Assembly: GCA_017514675.1 (NCBI GenBank)
Contig: JAFWIY010000021.1
Span: 1-55,890 of the forward strand
DNA length: 55,890 nucleotides
Direction: 5' to 3'
Origin: Candidatus Saccharimonadota bacterium
GTDB taxonomy: Bacteria; Patescibacteriota; Saccharimonadia; Saccharimonadales; Saccharimonadaceae
Shown here: positions 48,174-55,890 of the stretch, one piece after another
Numbering within the stretch: position 1 is the stretch's first letter
Layout: every line of letters starts with the position of its first letter
Notes under the pieces: generated by a model
Told to the model about the DNA's origin: nothing
What the model saw: the letters and a program-made list of their open reading frames with translations, nothing else
Database searches by the model: none
Program-made: the position numbers and the translations under genes

Positions 48174-48943
48174 CCTTCACTCATTTCTATTAGCGTGACC
48201 AGATGGCGAGCATCGCTCGGTACCACAATCTCACCACGCTTGATTTTGTCTAGCGCAGTTAGACCTTCTACGGTTTTGTCCGGTTTAGCATTTTTGTCGT
48301 GACTAAGTATTTGCCCGAACTCGTAATTACGCGAAGGCAAGGCACAAGTCAACCTCAAATCACCAATTCCACAGGCCAAATCAACTGTTTCTGGCTTTGC
48401 GCCATTTGTACTGAGAATTTTCTTCATTTCCCCAGCCACCTCGCCGATGAACTTCTCCCATTCTGGAGAATATTTTTCTAAATTATAAACACCGGCAAGT
48501 AGCGCGTAGACATTTTTTAGCGCCCCGCACATCAAAACGCCGAGTTTATCATCGGTAAAATCAAACTTCATATAATCCGCTGCTAGCATATCGGCAATGC
48601 GTTGGTCTGTGGCGGTCAGAAAAGTTTCCTTACCGGCCTTAATATCATCTGCAAAGCCTGGCCCAGACAGCACCATATAATCACTAAACTCACGGAAGAT
48701 TTTATCAGTCAAAATACCTTTTGTTGCAACAATTAGCGGAATATTTTTTGGTAGTTCATTCACTACTTCCGCCACCACTACCGAAGGCACCGCTAGAAGT
48801 AAATAATCCGCACCCACCGTAAGCTCAGCAATGGTTTTGTCGCTAATTCGCGGGTCAAAGTATACTACCTCATAGCGATTTTTCTCTAGAATTTCTCCGA
48901 GCGCTGTCCCAAACGCCCCCGCACCTAAAATAGTCACTTTCAT
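48164..48943 (-). CDS. gpsA: NAD(P)H-dependent glycerol-3-phosphate dehydrogenase, short form
   Basis: GAGAFGTALG, ATKG, SGPGFA, GALKNVYA, GIGDLRLTC..SRN, TVEG. Confidence 0.85.
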   Translation of the reverse strand: MKVTILGAGAFGTALGEILEKNRYEVVYFDPRISDKTIAELTVGADYLLLAVPSVVVAEVVNELPKNIPLIVATKGILTDKIFREFSDYMVLSGPGFADDIKAGKETFLTATDQRIADMLAADYMKFDFTDDKLGVLMCGALKNVYALLAGVYNLEKYSPEWEKFIGEVAGEMKKILSTNGAKPETVDLACGIGDLRLTCALPSRNYEFGQILSHDKNAKPDKTVEGLTALDKIKRGEIVVPSDARHLVTLIEMSEGWA

Positions 48944-49051
48944 ACCACTATTTTACCATACTTCGGTGCGGATTTACGCCGAGGAATTTATTTTAGGCAC
49001 AGATTAGAATAAATTACACCTCCCCACCCCCTAGACAAAAATTCTCAAAAC

Positions 49052-49190
49052 CTAATTCTCGTTCGCGTTTTGCTCGCGCCTGATAAAAATAAAAGTTTCA
49101 CAGGGCGAGTACGGAACTGCTAATTCCGGCGCAGCCCTGCCTGAAACTTTTATTTTTATCGGGTTCGCAAAAGATGCGAACTCAAATTAG
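49052..49190. repeat. multi-branched inverted-repeat structure
   Basis: perfect 19 bp inverted repeat at 49082-49100 and 49142-49160 with nested stems; side hairpin GGGTTCGCA/TGCGAACTC. Confidence 0.7.
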
Positions 49191-49255
49191 ATTTGGGATT
49201 TGGTGAGAGGTTAGGAGTGCGAGCGAGGGGCTTGGCTGTGGGATACATGGTAAAA

Positions 49256-50962
49256 TTACGAACCCAAAGTACACCGAACCGCGGCACTGTAATACTTCCG
49301 TCTATCCACCATGCTGTGGGGGAAGTTGCTGTTGAAGAAAATTTGAAGCGACATTGCATCGTTTTGAATTGTTTTGAGTGGCGAAGACGACCAATAATAG
49401 CCGTGTCTAGCATTAGAATAGACGATAATGCCTTGAATGACTGTCCCGAACTTGAAGTAGATGAAGTTATTGGGATACTTTACGAGTTTTCCGTTTGCAC
49501 TAACAGAATTAGAAACACCGAATTCATTACCGGTAGGTAAATGCCAGTCAGTAGGACAAATGTCCCCTTCGGCATTACCAGAAGATTTAGAGTATGTACC
49601 CCTACCTGCTGTAGCAGAGTACCAGTTGTAGTAGTTGCCATAAGAGTAGATATTTTGGCCTGTGTCTTTAGACATATTGGTTGCAGGATTAGTCGTATTA
49701 CCAGTATAGAGCATAGATTGGTCAATGCAGGCGACGGAATCGTCGTCATTGCACCAAGCTGTAGTGGTAGGATTGGTGAAGGCAGAAAGCCGACTAATAG
49801 CGGGGTTATTGGTGTTTGCGGTGGTGAGAGCAGCGGTGTTGTCTAGCCTTAGGTTTTCTATCATCCAACATTTACCATCCGCGAGTTTGGCAACGGCGTA
49901 GGCATTGTGATCTCTGGCATCTTTTAGAGCAGTGACTTCGCCAATATTTAAGCTGGAGCAACCATTCCAGTTTTGGAGAGTATCCTTTGCGGGTACCCAT
50001 ACGGCGTAGAGAGATAGGCCCTTTTCGGTCATATCGCTTGGTGTAATGATATTTTGGTTGGGGCCGTAGATGTGGTAGCCCTCGTTTGGGCCGGTACCAT
50101 CACCATTTACATCGTTTTCATTTAACACCCAATCAAACTTATCACTCCAGCCGGCGAAGCCGTAGCCATCGCGGCGAAAGTTGCTTGCCCAAAGTGCACC
50201 TACTGTAGCATTATTACCAAAGCTACATTGGTCACCCATACTATCCACCACACCAGAAGCATTAGGCCAGTAGGAGATACATTTTGGAGTAGCAGCGTGG
50301 GGTTGGAGTGGTGGGTCTGCGTCATTGGGATGAACGATGGTATATTTAACCTTCCCAGTATAAGTATCAGCTGGTTGGGTTTGAGAGACAAATACTCTAT
50401 AGGTAGATTGGAAGGATGAACCTATGGTGAAGTCTGTATTAGTATTAAGTGAGGCTACTTTGGTATAAGTATCTGGTATGGTTCTATATGAATTAAAGCT
50501 ATTCTCTATAGTGGGAGCATAAGTACCTGCTACCGGAGTAACCTTCATAGCCCAATTACTTGTATCTCCACTCGTAGCAGTACCAGTAACTATACTAGGA
50601 TTAGTAGAAGTAGTAGGGTTAGTAGGTAACATATTAGTATTACCATACTCATCTCCACTATAGCCTATAGCATAGATGGCATATCCCGTATTATCATTAC
50701 AGAACACTTTGAAGGTAGTAGTACCAATATCTTCTTTATACTGTCCTGGGTTAATAGTAGCAGTGTGGGCAGTATCTAGAGTGCTACTAATATTACACGA
50801 TACTGGTACTGTAACTGAGACATTAGAAACATGGTCTGAAGCGGAAGTAGAAGAAGATGCAAGAAATAGAAATGAAACAAAAGAAAGACTAGTGAGAATG
50901 GTGGCTGTTAATATATATATATATATATATGAAGCGCCTATTTCCTTATCAACTAATCTCAT
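49256..50962 (-). CDS. secreted FISUMP-domain surface protein, paralogue of 29988-31778
   Basis: same domain order, long near-identical blocks, ends VRCTLGS. Confidence 0.85.
   Translation of the reverse strand: MRLVDKEIGASYIYIYILTATILTSLSFVSFLFLASSSTSASDHVSNVSVTVPVSCNISSTLDTAHTATINPGQYKEDIGTTTFKVFCNDNTGYAIYAIGYSGDEYGNTNMLPTNPTTSTNPSIVTGTATSGDTSNWAMKVTPVAGTYAPTIENSFNSYRTIPDTYTKVASLNTNTDFTIGSSFQSTYRVFVSQTQPADTYTGKVKYTIVHPNDADPPLQPHAATPKCISYWPNASGVVDSMGDQCSFGNNATVGALWASNFRRDGYGFAGWSDKFDWVLNENDVNGDGTGPNEGYHIYGPNQNIITPSDMTEKGLSLYAVWVPAKDTLQNWNGCSSLNIGEVTALKDARDHNAYAVAKLADGKCWMIENLRLDNTAALTTANTNNPAISRLSAFTNPTTTAWCNDDDSVACIDQSMLYTGNTTNPATNMSKDTGQNIYSYGNYYNWYSATAGRGTYSKSSGNAEGDICPTDWHLPTGNEFGVSNSVSANGKLVKYPNNFIYFKFGTVIQGIIVYSNARHGYYWSSSPLKTIQNDAMSLQIFFNSNFPHSMVDRRKYYSAAVRCTLGS
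50911..50930. repeat. (AT)10 microsatellite in the signal-peptide coding region
   Basis: ATATATATATATATATATAT; encodes YIYIYI. Confidence 0.9.
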
Positions 50963-51006
50963 CTCTTACTCCCACTTAAATTACCATTATTTTAGCATAG
51001 GCAATT

Positions 51007-51885
51007 TTATTCTTCAAGCTTCTTTGGCTTTTTGTAGCCAGACTTTTTGCGCTTATGCCTAAACACAATACTGACCACTGCCCAAACAATCGCGATAATC
51101 GTAGCTAGCACTAGCAGCATAAACCAAATCGGGCAGATAATTACATTTTGCTCTAATTGTGAAGTTTCGCCATTGTAGTGAATCGTTTGCGAAATTTTCA
51201 CCATCCCCACCTTCGGTAGATTGCTCACCTCGCGCGTAATTTTGCGTGTACTATCTGGCATAATTATTTCATTGTATTGACCGTCGTCGTCCTCAGTCGG
51301 CAAAATTACCCTACCGGAAAACATATCGGTCACCGTAATCACAAAAGTCGCATCGTCATGTACATTGCTAGTATTACTAATCGTAGCATCCAGTCGCACT
51401 GGCGCAATCGCCGAAACGCCAGGAATCTTATTTTCGATAATCCCACCTTCGTTACGAACAATCTCACCATTCACATATCCATACACCACGCTCGCCAACT
51501 CAAATACACTATTCACCGACACGCCATCTGTTCCAACTTTATCGTTGTCTGTGCGCACCGCAATAGTAGCATATTGTCCGCCACCTTTAGCATCTTCTGG
51601 CACCGTAATAGTAAACTCTATCTCGCGCGACTCATTTGGAGCGACTTCGCCTTTAGGTTCAGCAATCTTAATCCAATTCATGATCTCCGAATAGCCAGTC
51701 GTAGTTGAAAGATCGGCCGTGTAATCCTCGCCTACTACCCCATACGGCGTCACCGAAACGTGATATTTCAAACTCTCTGTAGCATCAGCCGGATTTACTA
51801 CCGTCAAAGACCCAGTATAAGTCTGCCCCGGATTCATCGTAAACCGTTGCGACATCGGCAAGACCGTAAATGAATTATTTTCCAT
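51007..51885 (-). CDS. DUF916-like (WxL-partner) protein with C-terminal TM anchor
   Basis: NPGQTYTGSLTVVNP, WIKI..GEVAPNES, FTITVPEDAKGGGQYATI, C-terminal TM plus basic tail. Confidence 0.65.
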   Translation of the reverse strand: MENNSFTVLPMSQRFTMNPGQTYTGSLTVVNPADATESLKYHVSVTPYGVVGEDYTADLSTTTGYSEIMNWIKIAEPKGEVAPNESREIEFTITVPEDAKGGGQYATIAVRTDNDKVGTDGVSVNSVFELASVVYGYVNGEIVRNEGGIIENKIPGVSAIAPVRLDATISNTSNVHDDATFVITVTDMFSGRVILPTEDDDGQYNEIIMPDSTRKITREVSNLPKVGMVKISQTIHYNGETSQLEQNVIICPIWFMLLVLATIIAIVWAVVSIVFRHKRKKSGYKKPKKLEE

Positions 51886-51920
51886 AAAACCTCCACTTAA
51901 TTAATGCTATTATAGCACAA

Positions 51921-52505
51921 CTATTCAACTGACAAAATTTTGCCAGTGCCGTGCTCTAAATGTAGCAATCTTTGATTACGTGAACCACGAAACTTCAGGC
52001 TAAGGTCTAGTTGCTCTTGAATAAATGGCCCATCAATCAGCGCATCAAGCGATTTTAGTAGTTCCCACGGCGCACCGCCATTTTCTTTGATTACTTCATA
52101 CACAAACCCTGAAAAACTCCAAACGTTCCAACCGAGTTCATTTCGTACGTAATCGGCAATCTCTTTACAGGCCTCCGCTTGTACGAATGGCTCACCGCCA
52201 CAAAAGGTTAGCCCTGCCTGACCCTTAAAAGTCGCGAGCTCCTTTTTGATATCATCTAGCTTTACTAGCTGTCCAGCTTCGTAATCCCAAGTTTCGGGAT
52301 TCTGGCAACCTCTGCAATGATTCGGGCAACCCTGGGTCCAGAGGACGGCGCGCAGGCCGTCCCCGTTTACGATATTATCGTGCTCTAAGGGCCCCGACAA
52401 GCGAATGTAACCTTTCGGCGTTTCTAGCTGCTGCTTCACTTTGTCTAGCTGCCAGCGATGCTTTTCTAGCATGGTTTTAGCATCCGTTTTGTTCACTCTA
52501 GGCAT
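51921..52505 (-). CDS. nrdG: anaerobic ribonucleotide reductase activase
   Basis: NGDGLR, GCPNHCRGCQNP, GGEPF, DGPF, FRGSRNQR; start MPRVN overlaps the nrdD stop. Confidence 0.93.
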   Translation of the reverse strand: MPRVNKTDAKTMLEKHRWQLDKVKQQLETPKGYIRLSGPLEHDNIVNGDGLRAVLWTQGCPNHCRGCQNPETWDYEAGQLVKLDDIKKELATFKGQAGLTFCGGEPFVQAEACKEIADYVRNELGWNVWSFSGFVYEVIKENGGAPWELLKSLDALIDGPFIQEQLDLSLKFRGSRNQRLLHLEHGTGKILSVE

Positions 52506-54696
52506 CTCCCTTAGCGCAGCTACAAACCTTCTCAAATGGCAAATCGCCTTCCAAACGACCACAATGTGGGCATCTATCACCAGTAATAATACCCGAGAAA
52601 CCGCAAACCGGATCGCGATCTACTGGGTGGTTCACCGAGCCATAACCAATTCCCGCATCATGCATTTTGCGAATTACCGATTCAAAGGCCGCAATATTCT
52701 GCGATGGGTCACCATCTAGCTCAATATAAGTAATATGTCCAGCGTTACAAAGCGCATGATAGGGTGCTTCAATCTCAATCTTCTCAAAAGCTGAAATCGG
52801 ATAATATACTGGTACATGGAACGAGTTGGTGTAGAATTCGCGGTCAGTTACGCCCGGAATTACGCCAAACTCTTTACGATCAATTTTGGTAAACCTACCA
52901 GCAATACCTTCGGCCGGAGTTGCGAGCAGCGAGAAATTGAGTTTATATTTCTTGCAATATTCATCACATTTTTCGCGCATGTGGGTTACGATGTCTAGGC
53001 CCAGTTCGCGCGAATCTTCATCTTCGCCATGATGCTTGCCGGTCATTGCCACCAAAGTTTCCGCGAGACCAATAAAGCCAATTGAGAGCGTACCGTGCTT
53101 AATCACATCGCGCAGTTTGTCGTTTGGCCCTAACTTTTCCGAGCCAAACCAGTTGCCTTGACCCATTAAGAATGGGAAGTTGCGTACGTGTTGGTTGGCC
53201 TGGAACTCGTAGCGCTCTAGAAGCTCATCTTTAATGAGGTCAAACTTCTCATCTAGTTCCTTATAAAACCCATCCCAGTCCGCCTCTTTGCGTTCACCTA
53301 GGCATACACCGTGCTTAATACCAATGCGCACCAAGTTTACCGTAGTAAACGACAAGTTGCCGCGCCCAGTCACAATACCATCCGACTCTGGGAACACCGA
53401 TGAAAATACCCGTGTGCGGCAGCCCATGGTCGCCACCTCGGTCCGATAATCACCCTTCTTGTAGTACCCAATATTAAACGGCGCATCAATAAAGCTAAAG
53501 TTCGGGAACAAGCGTTTCGCCGACACTTCCATTGACCTCTGGAACAAATCATAGTTCGGATCTTTTGGATTATAGTTCACTCCTTCTTTCACCTTGAAAA
53601 TTGAGATTGGGAAAATCGGGGTTTCACCCTTACCGAGGCCATTTTCGGTGGCTTCAAGCAGATATTTAGACACCAAACGCCCGGCCGGAGTAGTATCGGT
53701 ACCAAAGTTAATGGAAGTAAACGGCACCTGTGCACCAGCCCTAGAATGCATCGTGTTGAGATTGTGAATAAAGCCCTCCATCGCCTGCAGAGTTTCTTTT
53801 TCTACATCTTCATTGGAGGCTTCTACTACCTCTTTTGGCCACTTAGCTTTCTCTAATTTTTTGTCATCACCATATTCATAAGACTCTTTAATTTCTAGGT
53901 CGAGTTTTTTACCGGCAAATTTATTGTATTTGGCCAGATTGCGTTTCAAAGCTTTTCTAAATGACTTGTTTACCCCTGGCGCCATTGCATAGTCAAAGTT
54001 TGGAATTGACTGGCCACCGTGTTGCTCGTTTTGATTAGCTTGCAACAAAATCGCCGCTAGCGCCCCGTAAGAGCCGATAGAGTTTGGCGTGCGCAGATGC
54101 CCATGCCCAGTATTAAACCCACCATTTTCAAACAGCACAAATGGATCGCTCTGGCAACAAGTCAGAGTACCGGTCGCATAGAAATCTAGGTCGTGAATAT
54201 GAATATCACCATTGTCGTGCGCCGCTGCGATATCCGGGCGAAGTAGCAAAGTCTTGGCAAAGACCTTGGAACCTTCCGCACCAAATTGGAGCATCTTGCC
54301 CATCGCCGAGTCACCATCTACGTTGGCGTTAGAACGCTTTACATCGGAATCCTCCGAAGCATCAGCGTGAGAAATCGTGCGATAAATCATCATTAGATCA
54401 GACTTCGCATCGCGGACTCTAGAGCGCTCTTGGCGATAGCGAATATAAGCCCGTGCGGTCTTTTTGAAGCTAGATTCCATCAAGACTTCTTCCACGATAT
54501 CTTGAATTTGCTCTACATTCGGCGTGCGCGCCGTGATTTTTTCTTCCGCTCTTTGTAATACCTTTTCAGCCAAAGCCTTAGCGCGGTCCGCTTTGAATTC
54601 TTCCGTGGCAAGACCAGCCTTGGTAATCGCCTCGATAATTTTTTCTGGATCAAATTTTACGATTTTACCATCGCGTTTAACAATTCTTTTGAACAT
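52498..54696 (-). CDS. nrdD: class III ribonucleotide reductase with ATP cone; no C-terminal RxxGY motif
   Basis: IVKRDG ATP cone, HIHDLD, TCCQ, MGCRT, TPAEG, YTNSFH, DPVCG..CPHCG. Confidence 0.93.
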   Translation of the reverse strand: MFKRIVKRDGKIVKFDPEKIIEAITKAGLATEEFKADRAKALAEKVLQRAEEKITARTPNVEQIQDIVEEVLMESSFKKTARAYIRYRQERSRVRDAKSDLMMIYRTISHADASEDSDVKRSNANVDGDSAMGKMLQFGAEGSKVFAKTLLLRPDIAAAHDNGDIHIHDLDFYATGTLTCCQSDPFVLFENGGFNTGHGHLRTPNSIGSYGALAAILLQANQNEQHGGQSIPNFDYAMAPGVNKSFRKALKRNLAKYNKFAGKKLDLEIKESYEYGDDKKLEKAKWPKEVVEASNEDVEKETLQAMEGFIHNLNTMHSRAGAQVPFTSINFGTDTTPAGRLVSKYLLEATENGLGKGETPIFPISIFKVKEGVNYNPKDPNYDLFQRSMEVSAKRLFPNFSFIDAPFNIGYYKKGDYRTEVATMGCRTRVFSSVFPESDGIVTGRGNLSFTTVNLVRIGIKHGVCLGERKEADWDGFYKELDEKFDLIKDELLERYEFQANQHVRNFPFLMGQGNWFGSEKLGPNDKLRDVIKHGTLSIGFIGLAETLVAMTGKHHGEDEDSRELGLDIVTHMREKCDEYCKKYKLNFSLLATPAEGIAGRFTKIDRKEFGVIPGVTDREFYTNSFHVPVYYPISAFEKIEIEAPYHALCNAGHITYIELDGDPSQNIAAFESVIRKMHDAGIGYGSVNHPVDRDPVCGFSGIITGDRCPHCGRLEGDLPFEKVCSCAKGDA

Positions 54697-54789
54697 AAAA
54701 ACCTACCTCCTTCGTATAATTTTATGTGTTTTATTATGATATGACCTTTTAAGTAGCGTTAGGCACTCGGTAATGCATTTAGCGCCCAA

Positions 54790-54838
54790 CCGCTACATTT
54801 AGTGTCTTATATCTAGTATACTACACTAAATATAGCAT
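54790..54838. promoter_or_regulatory. tandem NrdR-box-like sites upstream of nrdD
   Basis: CCGCTACATTTAGTGT (54790-54805) and ACACTAAATATAGCAT (54823-54838) versus consensus acaCwAtATaTwGtgt. Confidence 0.6.
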
Positions 54839-54942
54839 TTCAATACTTTTTATGCTAAAATGTAAAAATTACAACAATTGAACTTTGGGATAAAAAATCC
54901 CCCGGTCGTATCGTTTCTGATACAGCCGGGGGTAGCAACATG

Positions 54943-55485
54943 TCAAGACCTAATTCTGCCGAAATCTTCCGGCAAAAGCCGCGAGCGAGAACAGACGTAA
55001 TCTATTACCTCATCGGCGCTTTTGAATGTTGGGATGGTTCCTTCTTCTCCTACATTCGGCCGAAAGCCTACTGCCATACTAACGTTTAGTTCGACCCCCC
55101 CATCATCGTTAAGTCCACATACCTCTAGTTCGCAAACATAATCATAGTTATCATCATAATCAATATACATAAATTCCGGAATTTCACTATCGCCTCGCGC
55201 AAAACAGATTTGCACATAAGGGTTCATGAGAGATAGTTCTCCATATTCCTCGAGGGCAGAATCTTGTATACTTTTCGCAATACCATTGATAAATACGAAC
55301 CACTCTTCTTCACTCCAATTAGCTGCCGAATTAGGCCTTCCATCCTCATAAAGGTCAATGTCTACCACTTCATCAAGACAATTATCATCAGGAAGACCGA
55401 TCAAGATAACTACACGTCCAAGAACACCAGAAAAATCAAACTCCGCCAGAGCCCTGCTCACTTCTTTAACACCTTCAAATTTCAT
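54943..55485 (-). CDS. orphan acidic protein (180 aa)
   Basis: TTGACT promoter, SD AAGGAGG, terminator CCCCCGG/CCGGGGG around 54892-54932. Confidence 0.65.
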   Translation of the reverse strand: MKFEGVKEVSRALAEFDFSGVLGRVVILIGLPDDNCLDEVVDIDLYEDGRPNSAANWSEEEWFVFINGIAKSIQDSALEEYGELSLMNPYVQICFARGDSEIPEFMYIDYDDNYDYVCELEVCGLNDDGGVELNVSMAVGFRPNVGEEGTIPTFKSADEVIDYVCSRSRLLPEDFGRIRS

Positions 55486-55616
55486 AATAATCCCCTCCTT
55501 ATTATTGAAGTATTTGTTGCCGCTTATTAAAGTGCAGCCCCCTTATGCTTTCATAATATCACACTTACGCTAAAAAGTCAATATGGGTGCAATAATTCAA
55601 TACTTTCGCAAATAAC

Positions 55617-55646
55617 TTGACAACCCCCACCGATCTCGTTTATACT
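55617..55646 (+). promoter_or_regulatory. sigma70 promoter for antisense RNA C
   Basis: TTGACA-18nt-TATACT. Confidence 0.72.
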
Positions 55647-55651
55647 TAAAT

Positions 55652-55724
55652 CATAAAGGCGGCGCCTAGCCGCCACCATGGGTTAGCTGTTACCGTTTTC
55701 TTCTACGATAACGGTAACTTTTTT
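55652..55724 (+). ncRNA. candidate antisense RNA C
   Basis: AATCATAAAG start, GGCGGC-GCCTA-GCCGCC, terminator GTTACCGTT/AACGGTAAC-TTTTTT. Confidence 0.65.
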
Positions 55725-55781
55725 AGTTTTTGGTTTCCTATGTAATCTAAGGCGTAATAACAATTTTGTGTGTATACTCAC
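55683..55781 (-). CDS. 32 aa basic peptide C, MSIHTKLLLRLRLHRKPKTKKVTVIVEENGNS (candidate type I toxin)
   Basis: GTG start 7 nt after GGAGG; shares RLHRKPKTKKVTV(V/I)VE with peptide A. Confidence 0.65.
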   Translation of the reverse strand: MSIHTKLLLRLRLHRKPKTKKVTVIVEENGNS

Positions 55782-55890
55782 CCCTTAACCTCCAGATAAC
55801 AAACTAAAAAAGATTTTAATTTTAAGCTTATGCGAATAGCCATGATGGAGCTTTAACTTATCCTTGGCATTGCCAAATTTGCCTTCTAAT

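Noticed and set aside
49256-49480. DGR variable regions in the other two FISUMP genes (also 2570-2774)
   Set aside because: Their tips contain several A-ending codons and lack the AAY-derived pattern and the adjacent GNA hairpin
464-55573. Numerous 60-200 aa antisense or alternate-frame ORFs in the track
   Set aside because: They are shadows of well-supported genes with no independent signals
1-55890. Complete DGR (RT, Avd, template repeat), CRISPR array, prophage or IS transposase
   Set aside because: No RT motifs, no AAC-rich template copy, no spaced direct-repeat array, and no phage or transposase ORFs seen

Overview
A 55.9 kb bacterial chromosomal segment, genetic code 11. Gene content and style (L1 and SecE with long N-terminal extensions, several FISUMP surface proteins, mostly leaderless genes) suggest Candidatus Saccharibacteria (Patescibacteria/CPR), probably gut or rumen associated; this assignment is inference. 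The backbone carries tdk-tmk, ABC exporters, cell-wall peptidases, queH, a secE-nusG-rplK-rplA-rplJ-rplL cluster interrupted by orphan genes, alpha-glucan enzymes, a divergent membrane pyrophosphatase, tRNA-Gln, tRNA-Trp, rpmG, a UvrD-nuclease fusion, gpsA and nrdDG. The most interesting unannotated structure is as follows. (1) Three dispersed cassettes (about 13.4, 31.9 and 55.6 kb) each pair a 25-32 aa basic peptide gene with a convergent ~75 nt antisense RNA, a type I toxin-antitoxin-like architecture. (2) A CdiA-CT-like nuclease gene ends in a consensus promoter that can only make a ~50 nt structured RNA. (3) Three FISUMP paralogues are in three different states: a DGR-type variable region with hairpin but no RT or template in the window, an (AT)10 slippage tract, and a single in-frame stop. 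(4) A palindromic repeat family has one copy inserted in frame inside the helicase. (5) boxA-like leaders precede orphan genes. (6) NrdD lacks its glycyl-radical motif. All calls were made by eye; no searches were run.
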